Part shown: piece by piece, positions 1-11,420 of the stretch | How positions within the stretch are numbered: position 1 is the first letter of the stretch | Layout: every line of letters starts with the position of its first letter | Assembly (NCBI RefSeq): GCF_001194135.2 | Contig: NC_068982.1 | Coordinates: 78,765,237-78,829,236 of the forward strand | Source of the DNA: Octopus bimaculoides | Lineage: Eukaryota | DNA length: 64,000 nucleotides | Direction: 5' to 3' | The notes under the pieces: model-generated | What the model was told of the DNA's origin: nothing | What the model saw: the letters and a program-made list of their open reading frames with translations, nothing else | The model's database searches: none | Position numbers and translations under genes: made by a program

Positions 1-606
1 TTCATTACAAGGAGTTTTGTTGGTCTCTCACTTAATTGTGCCCCACACATAATAATTAAGGGGTTTGCAGTTTGGGGAGTTAGGTGGCCAGATGTTAGGG
101 TTGATGTGGTCACAAAAATTTGTCTGACAGCCATGACTGGGTTCTCCTGCTTGCGTGGCATGGTGCAGAGTCCTGTTGCCAGACATAGGGTCTTCCAGCA
201 GCCACCCTCTTGACCCAGGGCAACACTACCTCCTCCAGGTACTTGATGTAGGCCTCTGTGTTGAGTGTGAGGCCGTGTGGGAGGATGAATGGAGGCATAA
301 TGTTGCCATCACTAGTGATCACTCCAAACACCATGATGTTGACTGGATGTTTGATTTTTATCACTCTTGGTACATGTTTGGGGACAATGGTTGTTCTGTG
401 TGTTCATCATCTGTTCATGCTGGAGCTTCTGGCGTACAGTGTGTCATTTCCAGATTTCTGGCAGAGTGAGTTGCATCATGATGCTGTTTTTCTCACAGAT
501 GGTGCCCAACTGACCCTACTATATTGTGTAGTCGGCAAAATCAAAAATATTGTGCACATGTGAAATTAAAAAAATAAAATGGCGACAATTTACCCATTGC
601 ACCCTG
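1..606 (-). mobile_element. maT (DD37D) Tc1/mariner-type transposon, internally deleted, runs off window start
   Basis: Minus-strand ORF 110-364 KHPVNIMVFGVITSDG...WQQDSAPCH continues after a frameshift into WPPNSPNCKPLNYY. Terminus CAGGGTG at 606 is flanked by TA (607-608). The HTH region and first catalytic Asp seen in the 44-45 kb copy are missing. Confidence 0.85.
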
Positions 607-1529
607 TATATATTGAGAGAGAGAGAGAGAGAGAGATTCTTTTCAAACTATTGTATTCTTTTTGCATCATTTTCAGTGTTATAATTTCATTCACAAGGGC
701 CATACTACTGTGATTTTTACATTAGGTGTTGATTTCAATAAGATTTTGCATGCAATTTTGAATTCTTGGAACTTATTACTATTTAATATTTTGGGATGTT
801 ATGAGGTGTTGATATTTTTAGACAGAAATATTTATTTTGTAATGTGTGAATGGATTTGCTTGTGATTGCAGCGGCGACTGAAGCAAAGTTATCTCTTGTA
901 ATTCATGAATATCCATTTCTTTTTATTTTCTTAGAAAGTAAACTTCTCCTATATATTTTTTTTGCCACCTGTTTTACCTGAATTTAATCAAAAGATCATT
1001 TTTATACACACACACATGGGTTTTTTTTTTTACATACATGAGCCTTACCTGGTTATCTCATTAGGCTCATTAGTTCTGCTGGTTATTTTCAGCAGTAACC
1101 TAGGAAATAACAGTATTTTAAGTTGTAGAAAATTTGATTTTTCAAGCCAAAAGTACAAGTGGTTGATGGGGAGTGAAAGGGGTATGTATCAGATATGAAC
1201 AGGTTTGATACAATCTCTAGTTATATAGGTATACTAAGAGAGAGGGAGGAAGGTAGAGTGATAAGGGTGGTGACAGTGGGGAATGAGTGCAAGCAGATAC
1301 AATGTCATCCATTGTTACATGGGTGGTGTAGTATAGGAGAGATGAGAAGAAGGGAGCAGATTGTGATACATCGAGGAATATAAGGAGCCATAGATCCTGA
1401 TTTAGATATTATTATACACCACAGTATTCATCACTACTGCCATTTTAGCATTGTTTTTACCATATTGACAAATGTGGGCCGGTCTTCTACAGCAGCATGT
1501 AATACCTATTGCCATAGTTCTTTGCCATG

Positions 1530-1945
1530 TTTGTGAGGCATGACTTCTTGAGATTAGTCTTCTCTTCTTAGTATCGTGTCCTCCTTAACATCTCAGTTAC
1601 ACTGCTTCAGTCTGCTCTGAGGGCTCTGCACTTGTTTTGTCATCCTTTGTATACTTCACATGCCAATACCAGCAAAATGCTCTTACACATTACATTTGAT
1701 TCCTCTAATGTACAATTTTCTTTCAGTTCATTTGTATTCCATCATTCTTGCATGCTAGCTAATGTTACACACCTCATGGGACATAATCACTTCATTTCTT
1801 TCTAGTCTTTGTAAACCTTCTGCATTCAACCTATATCTCACAGTTCATACACAATCACCAGATAATGTCCTTTGCTTTGAGAAGAAAACCCCTTGTTGTC
1901 AGCAGAAGTTATAGCTCCCTAAATTTTTTTCCACTTGTTCTCTTA
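1530..1945 (-). mobile_element. Degraded RTE LINE fragment, end of RT region
   Basis: Reverse complement aligns by eye to 35380-35750 of the RTE copy (e.g. gaaagaaatgaag, acaaggggttttc vs acaaagggcttctc). Confidence 0.6.
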
Positions 1946-2410
1946 CCTTCTTAACTGCACCCACCTCCACTACTAATTAAGTCATTCAGATAGCAAACAC
2001 TAACAACTATTTGTTGTGGGTATTCTGGAGCATTTGAAGTAATTTATTTCATTTCTGTTCTTATTATTTAAGTTTAAAGTTTACTGCCTGTTGTTCCACT
2101 ACACTTGTGCATCCAAAGATTATACTGAGTACATTGTGTAGAATTCCAACCTATTCCGCTTTTGCATATTGAGTACAGACATTTACCAGGAGTAGATTCA
2201 GATGAGTTGGTATCAAAAGGGTTAAGTTGTATCGTAAGTTTTAGCTGTATCTTGGGACAGGACAATTATTATGTCAGTAGTAAGTTCAGCAATTGCCTGT
2301 TGGATTGTTCCTCTATGAAGATGAATGTGATGGTGTGTCAGTGATTTGTTAATACTTTTGTTTATCTCTTCTCGGCAACATTTGACTGCTTTTGGGTGCT
2401 TGATTTTTAA

Positions 2411-2414
<4 letters not shown>

Positions 2415-2455
<41 letters not shown>
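2415..2455. repeat. (TG)n microsatellite
   Basis: Uninterrupted TG run. Confidence 0.95.
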
Positions 2456-2456
<1 letters not shown>

Positions 2457-5400
2457 CATACATGTGTGTCCTAGGACCAGTAAGAAGTTGTAATAATTTT
2501 TTGTAATTTTAAAACCATGTCTAGTTTGAATGACTAAGATGTATAAAATTTTAAATGAGGGAGGGGAGTAGGCTATCAATGAAATCTCATTTGTGGTGTT
2601 GAGTAGTAGAAAGAGGAGAAAAGAGGAAGTAAACAACCAATGAATATATGTCTATTCCATTAACATTTGTATTGTTAGTAAGATAATTGACTGATAAACT
2701 ATGAAACACAATTGCCAGAGACTTCTGTGACTAGTAGGATTTTTACAGCTGAATGCCTTTCCTAAAACCAACTACTCAGCAGAGTGGACTAAGTGCTTTT
2801 TAGGTGGCACAAAAACAGGCGAGGTCAGTTTTGGCAAGGTTTTTACAGTTGGATGCCCTTCCAAACGTCATGAACTGTATCAGAGATGAACCATTCTTTT
2901 CCACTATTAGTTGTCAACTGAAAAAGGGTGTCTTGTTAGAGGAGTGATTTGCCATGTGACTCTTACAGACAGTTTAGATTTATGAAGACAGTTGCATGGT
3001 TTCAAGTATTAATTACCACAAAAATATCATGAGGAAATAACACACTAAATGCTTTTTTTTTTAATCAATTTAGTTGAGATTAAATCTACTAAATAAAATT
3101 CAAAGAGATTAGGATTCAGGTAATTGTCTACAAGTGATAAATCTGTTGTGGTGGTGGTATTATTATTTTGTACTGTTGGGGTAGGGTGGGGTGGCTTGGC
3201 GGAGTTTAAAAAAGATAGACAGGAAAGGATTTAAAGAAGCTAAAGAGTAAGATGAAGAGAGAGAGAATAGATAAAGTGAAGGTAAGAGGAATCAGACAAT
3301 CAATGTGACAAATGATAGTTTGTAGAATGTTAGTGAGTTTGTTTGTCATGAGAATTGAAATATCTTAATGCTTGGTCTCTTGCCCTTCAACCTAGAATAA
3401 AGTTGGTGTATTAGTCTGGTGGTTGAAGATTGTGAATGGAGAAGATGCTGGTGAGGGTGGAGGGAAGAAGTGGAGTGAGTGAAGAGGGTAAAGAGATGTG
3501 GTGCAAGAGGGAATGAGCAGGGGACAATAAATAGGAAGTGGTTACAGTGAATGAATGTAGGAGGAAGGAAGAAAGAAAATAAAAGAAAAGTATAGGGATT
3601 TCAGAGTAAAAAAGAGGGAAGTGCTGTGAAATGTAGGAATGAAGTTGAGTAAAGTAAAATTGTTTTGGAGTTTGAAGTGCTACAAAGTACTTGGTTAATG
3701 TCCTCAACATAAACCCTAGGCAATATAGACTTTCATTACACTTCCATTGTCAGTGATGGAGGTCATTTTTGGTTGTTCAATGTGCTAGAAATAGTAACAA
3801 AATTGTTCTCAAATTACACTATACCAACTAACCAAAAAAAAAAAAAAGACAATGCTTGGTTTGATTGCTGTTATTTATAGGCCTGCTCAATTAAGGATGA
3901 TCTTGGACTAAATAACTATACAGACTGGTGGTTACATTGTTGTTTTGGTTAGGGTAAGTGGACAGTGGGAACAAGCTGCAACCAAACTTTTTGGTTCCTT
4001 ATTTACAGATTTGGAGCAATCTTCCATTTCTCAAATATGGTGGTTCTGTGAGCAAGTACTTCCACAGAGAAAGCTTCCATATTTACTGCCCACTTTGCAT
4101 CCAGCTCTATATAAAACTGTATCTTTCAATTGCTCAGGTTTCACCAGCATGCACATACATGCACCAAGTTTGAAAGTACCTCTAGCCACTTCAAACCATA
4201 GGCCCTAACATTGTCCTCTCCTTCAACCTCAAATAATATACCTCAGGACTAATCTATCTTTCTATACAAGGATAATTTGATCTTCAGAAACATGCTATAA
4301 TGTGCCCCTCATTCAAGAAACGTAACTTCTCTGATACTTCCAATTGTTGTTCAATGCACTCACTTCCTGTAGCTTAAAGGTAATGGGGTCAGCTATTAAC
4401 AGCCTTCTCCTACACCCCTACCACTTTCCCTGGTTAATGATTACCAGTATGCTTTTGTTAGATCAGATCTACTTGTAACTTACTCTTTTTTGTTACTCAT
4501 GAATGAGCCTTGTCCCTCCCTTCTACATCCATGTAGCTGTAACAAGTGAGGAAGATGCTAGCTGTAGATAGTTTTTGTAACAGGTTTAAAAATAATGATG
4601 TGTATTATTCAGATATGTAGTAGAAGTGATGAAACCTGGGATTTTAGCTTACATGTAAAAAGTAAAAATGTTTCTTGTTTTAGTCATCAAAATGATTTTC
4701 TTTTTTACTTGTCATTTAGATTGATTGGAAAACCATGTCTTTTGTATTTGGTGCTTTATGGTGATCATTATAACTTCAGATTCTTGAGCTGTCTAATAGC
4801 TGTATCTCACCCTGAAAAATTGGCTTCTCGACAAATAGCTTTCATTGATGTTGGCATTTTTCACCAGGGCACAATTGTTATTGTTATTTAGGTTACCTTA
4901 GTTGATTCTTCAGATTATAGATGCAGTATTCAAGCCTACTGGCCTAGTTAGCTAGCAAAGCAAAGCAAGACTTATTCCAATCCTGACTAGCAACTGAATT
5001 TTTAACTATTGCTTAATAATAATATTAGTTAATAACAATGCTGCATTGCTATAGAGATCCCTTCACTGTGAATGTGGAACAATAAAGCTCTTACTCATAA
5101 ACATTCCAGACTGCATCCTAATAAAGGCCAACCAGCTATCTTAAAAACATTTTGTTTCTGCTCTCTACTTCTTCTACTACTACCACTGTTACCACCATCA
5201 TGCAGCGTCTCATCCTCAAACACTTTGCTTAATCCTTTCCTTTAGAATTTCCACACTCTTGGACTGATTTTGTCACCATTTGTTTCTGTGGGCATCAAAC
5301 TGTTGATGCTCATTTAGAGAATATCAACTGCAATATGCTTGCCATAGTATGATAGATGACTTGAAAAGATCACAGAAATTATACTTCATTCTTGGACTAA

Positions 5401-5749
5401 ATTTTAAATATATATATATATATATAAAAGCTAATTGTTTCTTTGGAATTAATGTGAATGTTCAATTTTATATTTAAATTTCTTTAATGTTGATGCAAAG
5501 AAAATGAGAACTTATAAGTGTTCCTGAAAGGAGAATTTGGATTATTTTGTAAATAAGGGGTGGTTGTGATTAATTTTATTATTGATTAACTTGAAATTAA
5601 GTATTTATATCTTAATATTTAATCATTGTTGATTATTAATAGGTTGTATCAATTCCTTCCTCTCCTCCCTGATCCACTCCACCCCCAACTGATATTCATC
5701 TCTGGCCATACCTTCACATTCCCATTCAGTCTCCACCTCACTCCCTATC

Positions 5750-5863
5750 TCTAACCATCTGTCATACTCCTTTCACATGCTCATGAAATTACCTACTCAC
5801 CTATGCACTCTTTCTGTTCCTCTAACCCTACTTTCTCTCTTGTACCATCAAGGTATGCCCTCA

Positions 5864-5900
<37 letters not shown>

Positions 5901-6207
5901 CATGTACCCGCTCATCAATAAGATATCTGTTCCTGTTTCTCTATCACTATCAGCTCCATCAATATTATACCTCTACTCAGTTGAGGCGTCGTATCAAGTT
6001 GCATGGTGACCACACTAATGCTGGTGCCATATAAAAAGCATCCAGTACATTCTGTAAAGTGGTTGATATTAAGAGGGGCATACAGTTTGTAGAAACCATT
6101 CCACAGCAGGCATTGGAGCTCAATGTAATCCTCTGGCTTGTTGGTTTCTGTCAAAATCATGCCAACATAGAAAATAGACATTAAATAACGATGATGATGA
6201 TGATGAT
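5750..6207 (+). mobile_element. Family B retro-element copy (pyrimidine-rich body plus RTE-type 3' tail ending in (GAT)n), containing a (CT)n run at 5867-5897
   Basis: Body matches the reverse complement of 38520-38830 (taaccatctgtca, atgaaattacc, tctctatca, taatgctgg); ends in (GAT)n at 6190-6207. Confidence 0.65.
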
Positions 6208-6968
6208 ATTGTTTGCAGTATAGGTTGTGGTAGAAACCCAACCATCCTTGATAAATGTTTTAATAGCATGGTATGCATTATTCCAAAAAGTGATGATAAC
6301 TGTTATATGAATACATTTCCTACCACTTATCTAACTTTACAACTGCCACACCAATGCCCATCTTAAAATATAGGACGTTTTTCTGCCATACCATGATTAT
6401 TCTACTGCTAGAAATAGCTTATTCTGTTGAGCAGGTGTCATATTTGAGAAGAAATTCTTCAGTTAAAACCCATCCTTTAATATTTAGTTCCTGACATATC
6501 TGGCAATCTAATTTGAGTATGCATTTTTAATAAGATGTAAAGGATATCTAGTGTTAGCAACCTAGCCATCTACAATGTTTTTGAAAGAAATCAAATACTT
6601 TAATGAATACAATTTAGTTCAAAGTTCTGGAAAGTTAAAAATTTTCTGAAATATTTATAAGAAGTTAAATTTTTTAAAACTTTCTAAATCCTGTTATTTT
6701 TGTTATTGTTTCTCTTTATTTGATTTTCATTCTCAACAAGACCAGACTCATTTCCATTGTCTTTTAGTATGTGTTAACATTATTATAACTATCTCTATAT
6801 AACAGTTGGTACTAATGTTGGTTGGTTGGTTGGGTGATTTCTCCAGGTACATTTTACATATAGACAGAGGTAGGGAGAAAGTAAAAGAGACTCACAGAGA
6901 GAGTTAACACAGATCAATAGAGGAACACTGATATTGACTAGTGGTAGGGGGATGGTAAAGATGATAGA

Positions 6969-6973
<5 letters not shown>

Positions 6974-7019
<46 letters not shown>
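6974..7019. repeat. (CT)n microsatellite
   Basis: Direct observation. Confidence 0.95.
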
Positions 7020-7022
<3 letters not shown>

Positions 7023-7134
7023 GGCACATTGACATAACTGCAGTTTAAGTAGAAGGATTAACTTGAAAAACAGTTGGTAAGGTGAGATTAAGAAGTTGTA
7101 AGGTTTATATAGCCATAGATATATGTGTATGTAT

Positions 7135-8677
7135 GTCATTATTCAGTTTATTTCAAGATTTCTTGCCAATAGAGAAAGAACCGGTTTCTAACTTAGATCC
7201 AAGGTTCCTTCATTGGAATTTCAACATCAACAACAGGATATTTTTGTTTGTATGTATGTATGTGCAGATTTGTATGTTTTATGTGTGTATTCTCATGCAT
7301 AGAGTTACATATCTAGACATGCTCATATATATTTAAATGATCAACTTCTGGAAAGTTTTACAGATTTTTACACTTCCGGTGAAGGATTGGATCTGTAGTC
7401 TTCAAATTAGCTTTCTTCTTTCTGGTTTTGAGAAGCCTAATATCTCAAGATTAGTATTTAAGCATTGTGTTACATATCCCAGGACCCCAATAATTACAGG
7501 TATAAATCTGACTTTGTAATCTGGATAGAGTAACTTCAGATTTCTCAATAGTACAGCATAGGTGTTCTCTTTTTCACTGATCTTCAGCTTTATGTTAACA
7601 TCTGCTGGGCAGCTAATTTCAACAACTGTGCACAGTTTCTCTTCTCTATCCCAAATCATATCAGGTCTGTTGTGCTTACATCTTATTGAGGTCTTCACTG
7701 GTACATTCCATCAGTATTCCTTTTCATTATGAGTGGCTATGGCTTCTACTATATTGTGGGTTTTTATTTCTTTGTCCTTGGGATTATCCTTCCGATGGAT
7801 TTCGTTATAGAGTGTCCTAGCTACAACGTCATGTCTCATCGGTGGACAATACCGTGATGACATTCTCAGACAACTGCTTATGATGCGGGTGATATCTTCA
7901 GTGTGAGCTCCACAAAATCTGCATCAGTTGTCACAATTTACGGCTTTTCTCTCATCTCTATCCCTTTTGTGCATCAGATACTTGGTTGATATTTCTTGTT
8001 CCTGGATTGCAAATGCATACCACTTCAAAGTGGGAGGTAATAATCTAGCTATCTGTTTATAATAAACTGCTTTGATGATCGATGTTACTATCATCATGGA
8101 ACTTTCTACTAACATATCCATGCATAGTCTTCTGCTTATGCAGGCTCATCCTTTCATCTGATGATATGTTGTGGTAGAGTTGTGTGGCTTCTAGGTTATC
8201 AGACAAAGAGCATTGCTCATGGAGCTGCCTTCCAAGTCTTATGATGTTATCAGCTTCGTGTATGCAAACTTGGTCAAGGGATGCACTTCGAAGCTTGGTG
8301 GTTAAAAGATGTGGCCGAAGGGATATGATGTGACATTCAAAGGCATTTTGGATCAATGTTAAGCCTCTGCTGCCTTGTTTACATTTTAGGTAGAGGTGGT
8401 CTACATCACTGTTTATGTGTGCTTGTTAGTATTTTTCGGGTTTCACATCAATGGTACAGATCTCCTCAAGCGTCCAATCAAGCAGCCCAAATGTTGGTAT
8501 GAGTACTGGCACTGCAAACACATTGTGGGCCACTGTTTTATTGAATGCAGAGAGTTCTGAGGTTCAAATTTTCTTTATTCGCCTGTAATATTCTTTAGTG
8601 ACATGTGTTTTGTAAGATATATTTTCATCCACTCCTAGATACCTGTAACATTAATTGTCAGATGCAGGGGTGACAGT
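7135..8677 (-). mobile_element. 5'-truncated RLE-type non-LTR retrotransposon, R4/Dong-like
   Basis: Minus strand: end of RT (YRYLGVDENISY), CCHC-like knuckle CRFCGAHTEDITRIISSC (H replaced by R), RHDVVA, and PD-(D/E)xK endonuclease NRPDM-IWDREEKLCTVVEISCP...IPVIIGVLG. Flanked by a 9-bp direct repeat TGTATGTAT (7126-7134, 8678-8686). Stops and frameshifts present. Clade assignment is from motif recall. Confidence 0.85.
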
Positions 8678-8704
8678 TGTATGTATCAATCATCTCTATT
8701 ATAT

Positions 8705-8957
8705 TAGCAACCACTTTTCCATGCTTGCATGGGTCAGATGAAATTTGTTGAGTCAGATTTTCTATGGCTGGATGCTTTTCCTATTGTTTGTCCCCAGTTA
8801 TCAAGGTAATATTTTCCCATGACCAGACGTGATTTTCACAGAAGATGGGAAATATACAACATTGCTAGTATGATGATGATGCTTGTTCACAACCATGGGA
8901 AAATATTACCTTGATAACAGGAGGCAAGCAACAGGAAAAGCATCCGGACATAAAAAG
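8705..8957. repeat. SINE tail fragment (minus) with local inverted duplication
   Basis: 8797-8821 and 8894-8918 are a perfect 25-bp inverted repeat inside about 64-bp imperfect arms. Confidence 0.85.
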
Positions 8958-10519
8958 TCTGAATGTCTCTTCAATTTTAAATCTCTGAAATGAATAGTAT
9001 TATAATTATAAAATTTTAATTGTTTTTTCATTTTGCTTGGAATTTCAGATTATCATTAGGGGAATAAATGCATAAACAGAAAAAAACAAAACGAAAAACA
9101 AAATCCTTCCATATTTTCATTTAAGTTTTTATGGTATTGTTCAGTAAAACAAAATGTATCTTAAAATAATTATCTTCTTCTTTGATTTCCTTGGACTAAA
9201 GAATTTTCTTCCTGTTACATTTCCTTGTGCTTAAGAATTAGCTTCCTGTTACACTTCCTTGGATTGAAAATTTACCTCCCAATAGTGAAAATTAAAATAG
9301 GCCACAGTCTTAATAATATATTAGATAATCATGACTGTTAAGAAACACACCTCCTAAGAAAATAATGGTGAATTTATCAGCAGAACACAAATATGAGCTT
9401 CAACGTTCCTAGATTTACTTGTACAGACAGATAAAGGACACTCTGTCAAAGTACATTGACATCATTAACAAGGACATGCAGGAAAACTTTGTATTCTTAG
9501 AGTTTCTTTTATCATTTTTGACAATTGTTGCAGTGTTTTACATTCTTATTTCAAATGTAGCTGAGGTTGACTGACAACTTTAAAATGAGACTTTTAGTCT
9601 GTTTGCAACAGTCTTGAGAAAACAGAAGAAAATGAAACTGAAGGGAAAAACTAATGACACATTTTCTGGAACCAGTGGGATGGTTCAACAGGTTTAGAAA
9701 ACAATCCGTTGTGTTAAAGTTGCTGGGAAATGTGCATTTGTGGGTGACAGTGAATTGCTCAAATTGGGGGGGGGGGGGATAAATAAATAAAATAAAGATA
9801 GTATTTATGTTGATGTAATGGGGCTTGAAACAATGTATTACCAAAGAGGAGAGAGGAGTCAGCTGGACTATCCATCAAAAACTGAGACAGTACATGAAAA
9901 ATGGGAACAGAAAAGAAATTTTTGGTAAATGTCTGGAAGAGAAATCTGCAGTGTTTTGGGTATGTTACCAGGGTCCAGAATCTCAGCACTCACATCTTAG
10001 TAGGAAGAGTCAATAGAAAACAGGAAGGAGTTGTTGAAGAAAATACTGGCTGGAAAATCTCTGATTGAATGCACAACCATGGCCAGTGGCAGGAATTGAT
10101 AGAGGGAAATGGTGCATGCATCCATGGTTTTTGACCCTCAGCAATGAGAAAACTATACTGCCACCACCATCACCACCCCAATTGGGATTATTTTGGAAAT
10201 AAATTCATAATAAACCTTATTTGGCATGAAGATACAATTACTACATTGGTTCAGTGACTGATGATCATCTTTTATTTAAATTTAAATCCCATGTTGGTGT
10301 ATTGATTAAAAAATCCAAGTGCTATTAAATTGTTCTGCTTGCATTTTCTACAACTTATTGAGTATCCCATCGAAAAGCTTGGCTCACAAAATCTTTAGTT
10401 GAAGATTAGTTTAAGAATTATTTGTCTTGAGGTTGAAAGATACTGTACATCAATAAATTGAAAATTTGAAAATTTTATTAATATTTGTCAATGCTACTGG
10501 TTACCCAACTGCATTTGGT

Positions 10520-11420
10520 TACTTATGTTAACAATGTGTTATGGTTATATTTTTGCTACTGAAAATAACATTACTGTTGCACCCAGTGGACCAGAGGGTG
10601 ATAGCAATATGCAAAGCTTCCTACTTTGGCGAAACATTTGTCCAGGTGATTAAGACAACAATGGGAGAAAATGCAATTAATCTCATGGACTTCTGGAAGA
10701 AGCATAACAGAAAAACTGTATTGGAAAATATGGATAATGCATAGTATGAGGTAACAACTAGCAATATGAGAACTGTTTGGCAGAATGTAAGTTCTTACTG
10801 TACAAATATTTTTGGTAAATCTTAGGTGGAAATTACAGGGGCTGTAGCAGAAATTATTTGACTTGGATAACAGAAATATCTAAAGCAGACAACTTTAACA
10901 TCAGAGAATTGTTTGATTTGCATGATGTTGACCTTAATGATCAGGACCTTCTAACTCTTTAGCATTCAGATTACTTGATCAAATGATTATTTCTTCACAT
11001 TGTTTTGAATTGATCATGCATTATCTTGTAACTTCAAGATTTTGATGATGTGATTGTTTTTTTTTTATGATAACATTGCTGGGTAGGTGTAAGAGGTTGG
11101 ATCTGGCCAGTTTCAACATAATGCATGTAGAATATTTAGGGTGGATATGGCCAGCTTAAATGTTAAATGGTTAAAACTGGAAAGAAGATAACCTAGATGG
11201 AGTATGAAAGAATTCCCAATTAAAGAATTTGATACTATTTTTAGAATTTTTGAAGATTGAAAGCAGATGATAGCAGCTGCTGATCCAGAAGTAGTGTATG
11301 ATAGAAGTCAGAAGTTTAAAATGCACTTAAATGTTATGGAGTAATAATACACAATGGGAAAGAAGAAGTAAAATTGAATCAAAAATCCTTTTTACATTAT
11401 TCAAAAACAAATTTTGCCTA
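10520..11420 (+). mobile_element. Tigger/pogo transposase remnant (DDE_1 C-terminal part), interrupted by a MITE
   Basis: VIFLLLKITLLLHPVDQRVIAICKASY...DFWKKHN...ENMDNA*YEVT matches the pogo motif FLPPNTTSLLQPMDQGVI; similarity resumes after 11174. Confidence 0.75.
10955..11170. mobile_element. piggyBac-type MITE family 1, degraded copy
   Basis: Internally similar to 39079-39297; flanked by CTAA and TTAA. Confidence 0.75.

Noticed and set aside
2141-2190. PIPLLHIEYRH resembles the missing CK1-gamma exon motif APQLHLEYRF
   Set aside because: Similarity is limited to five residues, flanks do not match, and no suitable splice sites were found.
2349-2636. Short ORFs with HTHT, RERE, CVCV or SLSL runs throughout the window
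   Set aside because: Translations of dinucleotide microsatellites.
9174-9273. 34-bp triplication (also a 30-bp duplication at 18518-18572 and an about 39-bp duplication at 32864-32935)
   Set aside because: Ordinary slippage-type tandem duplications with no further signal.
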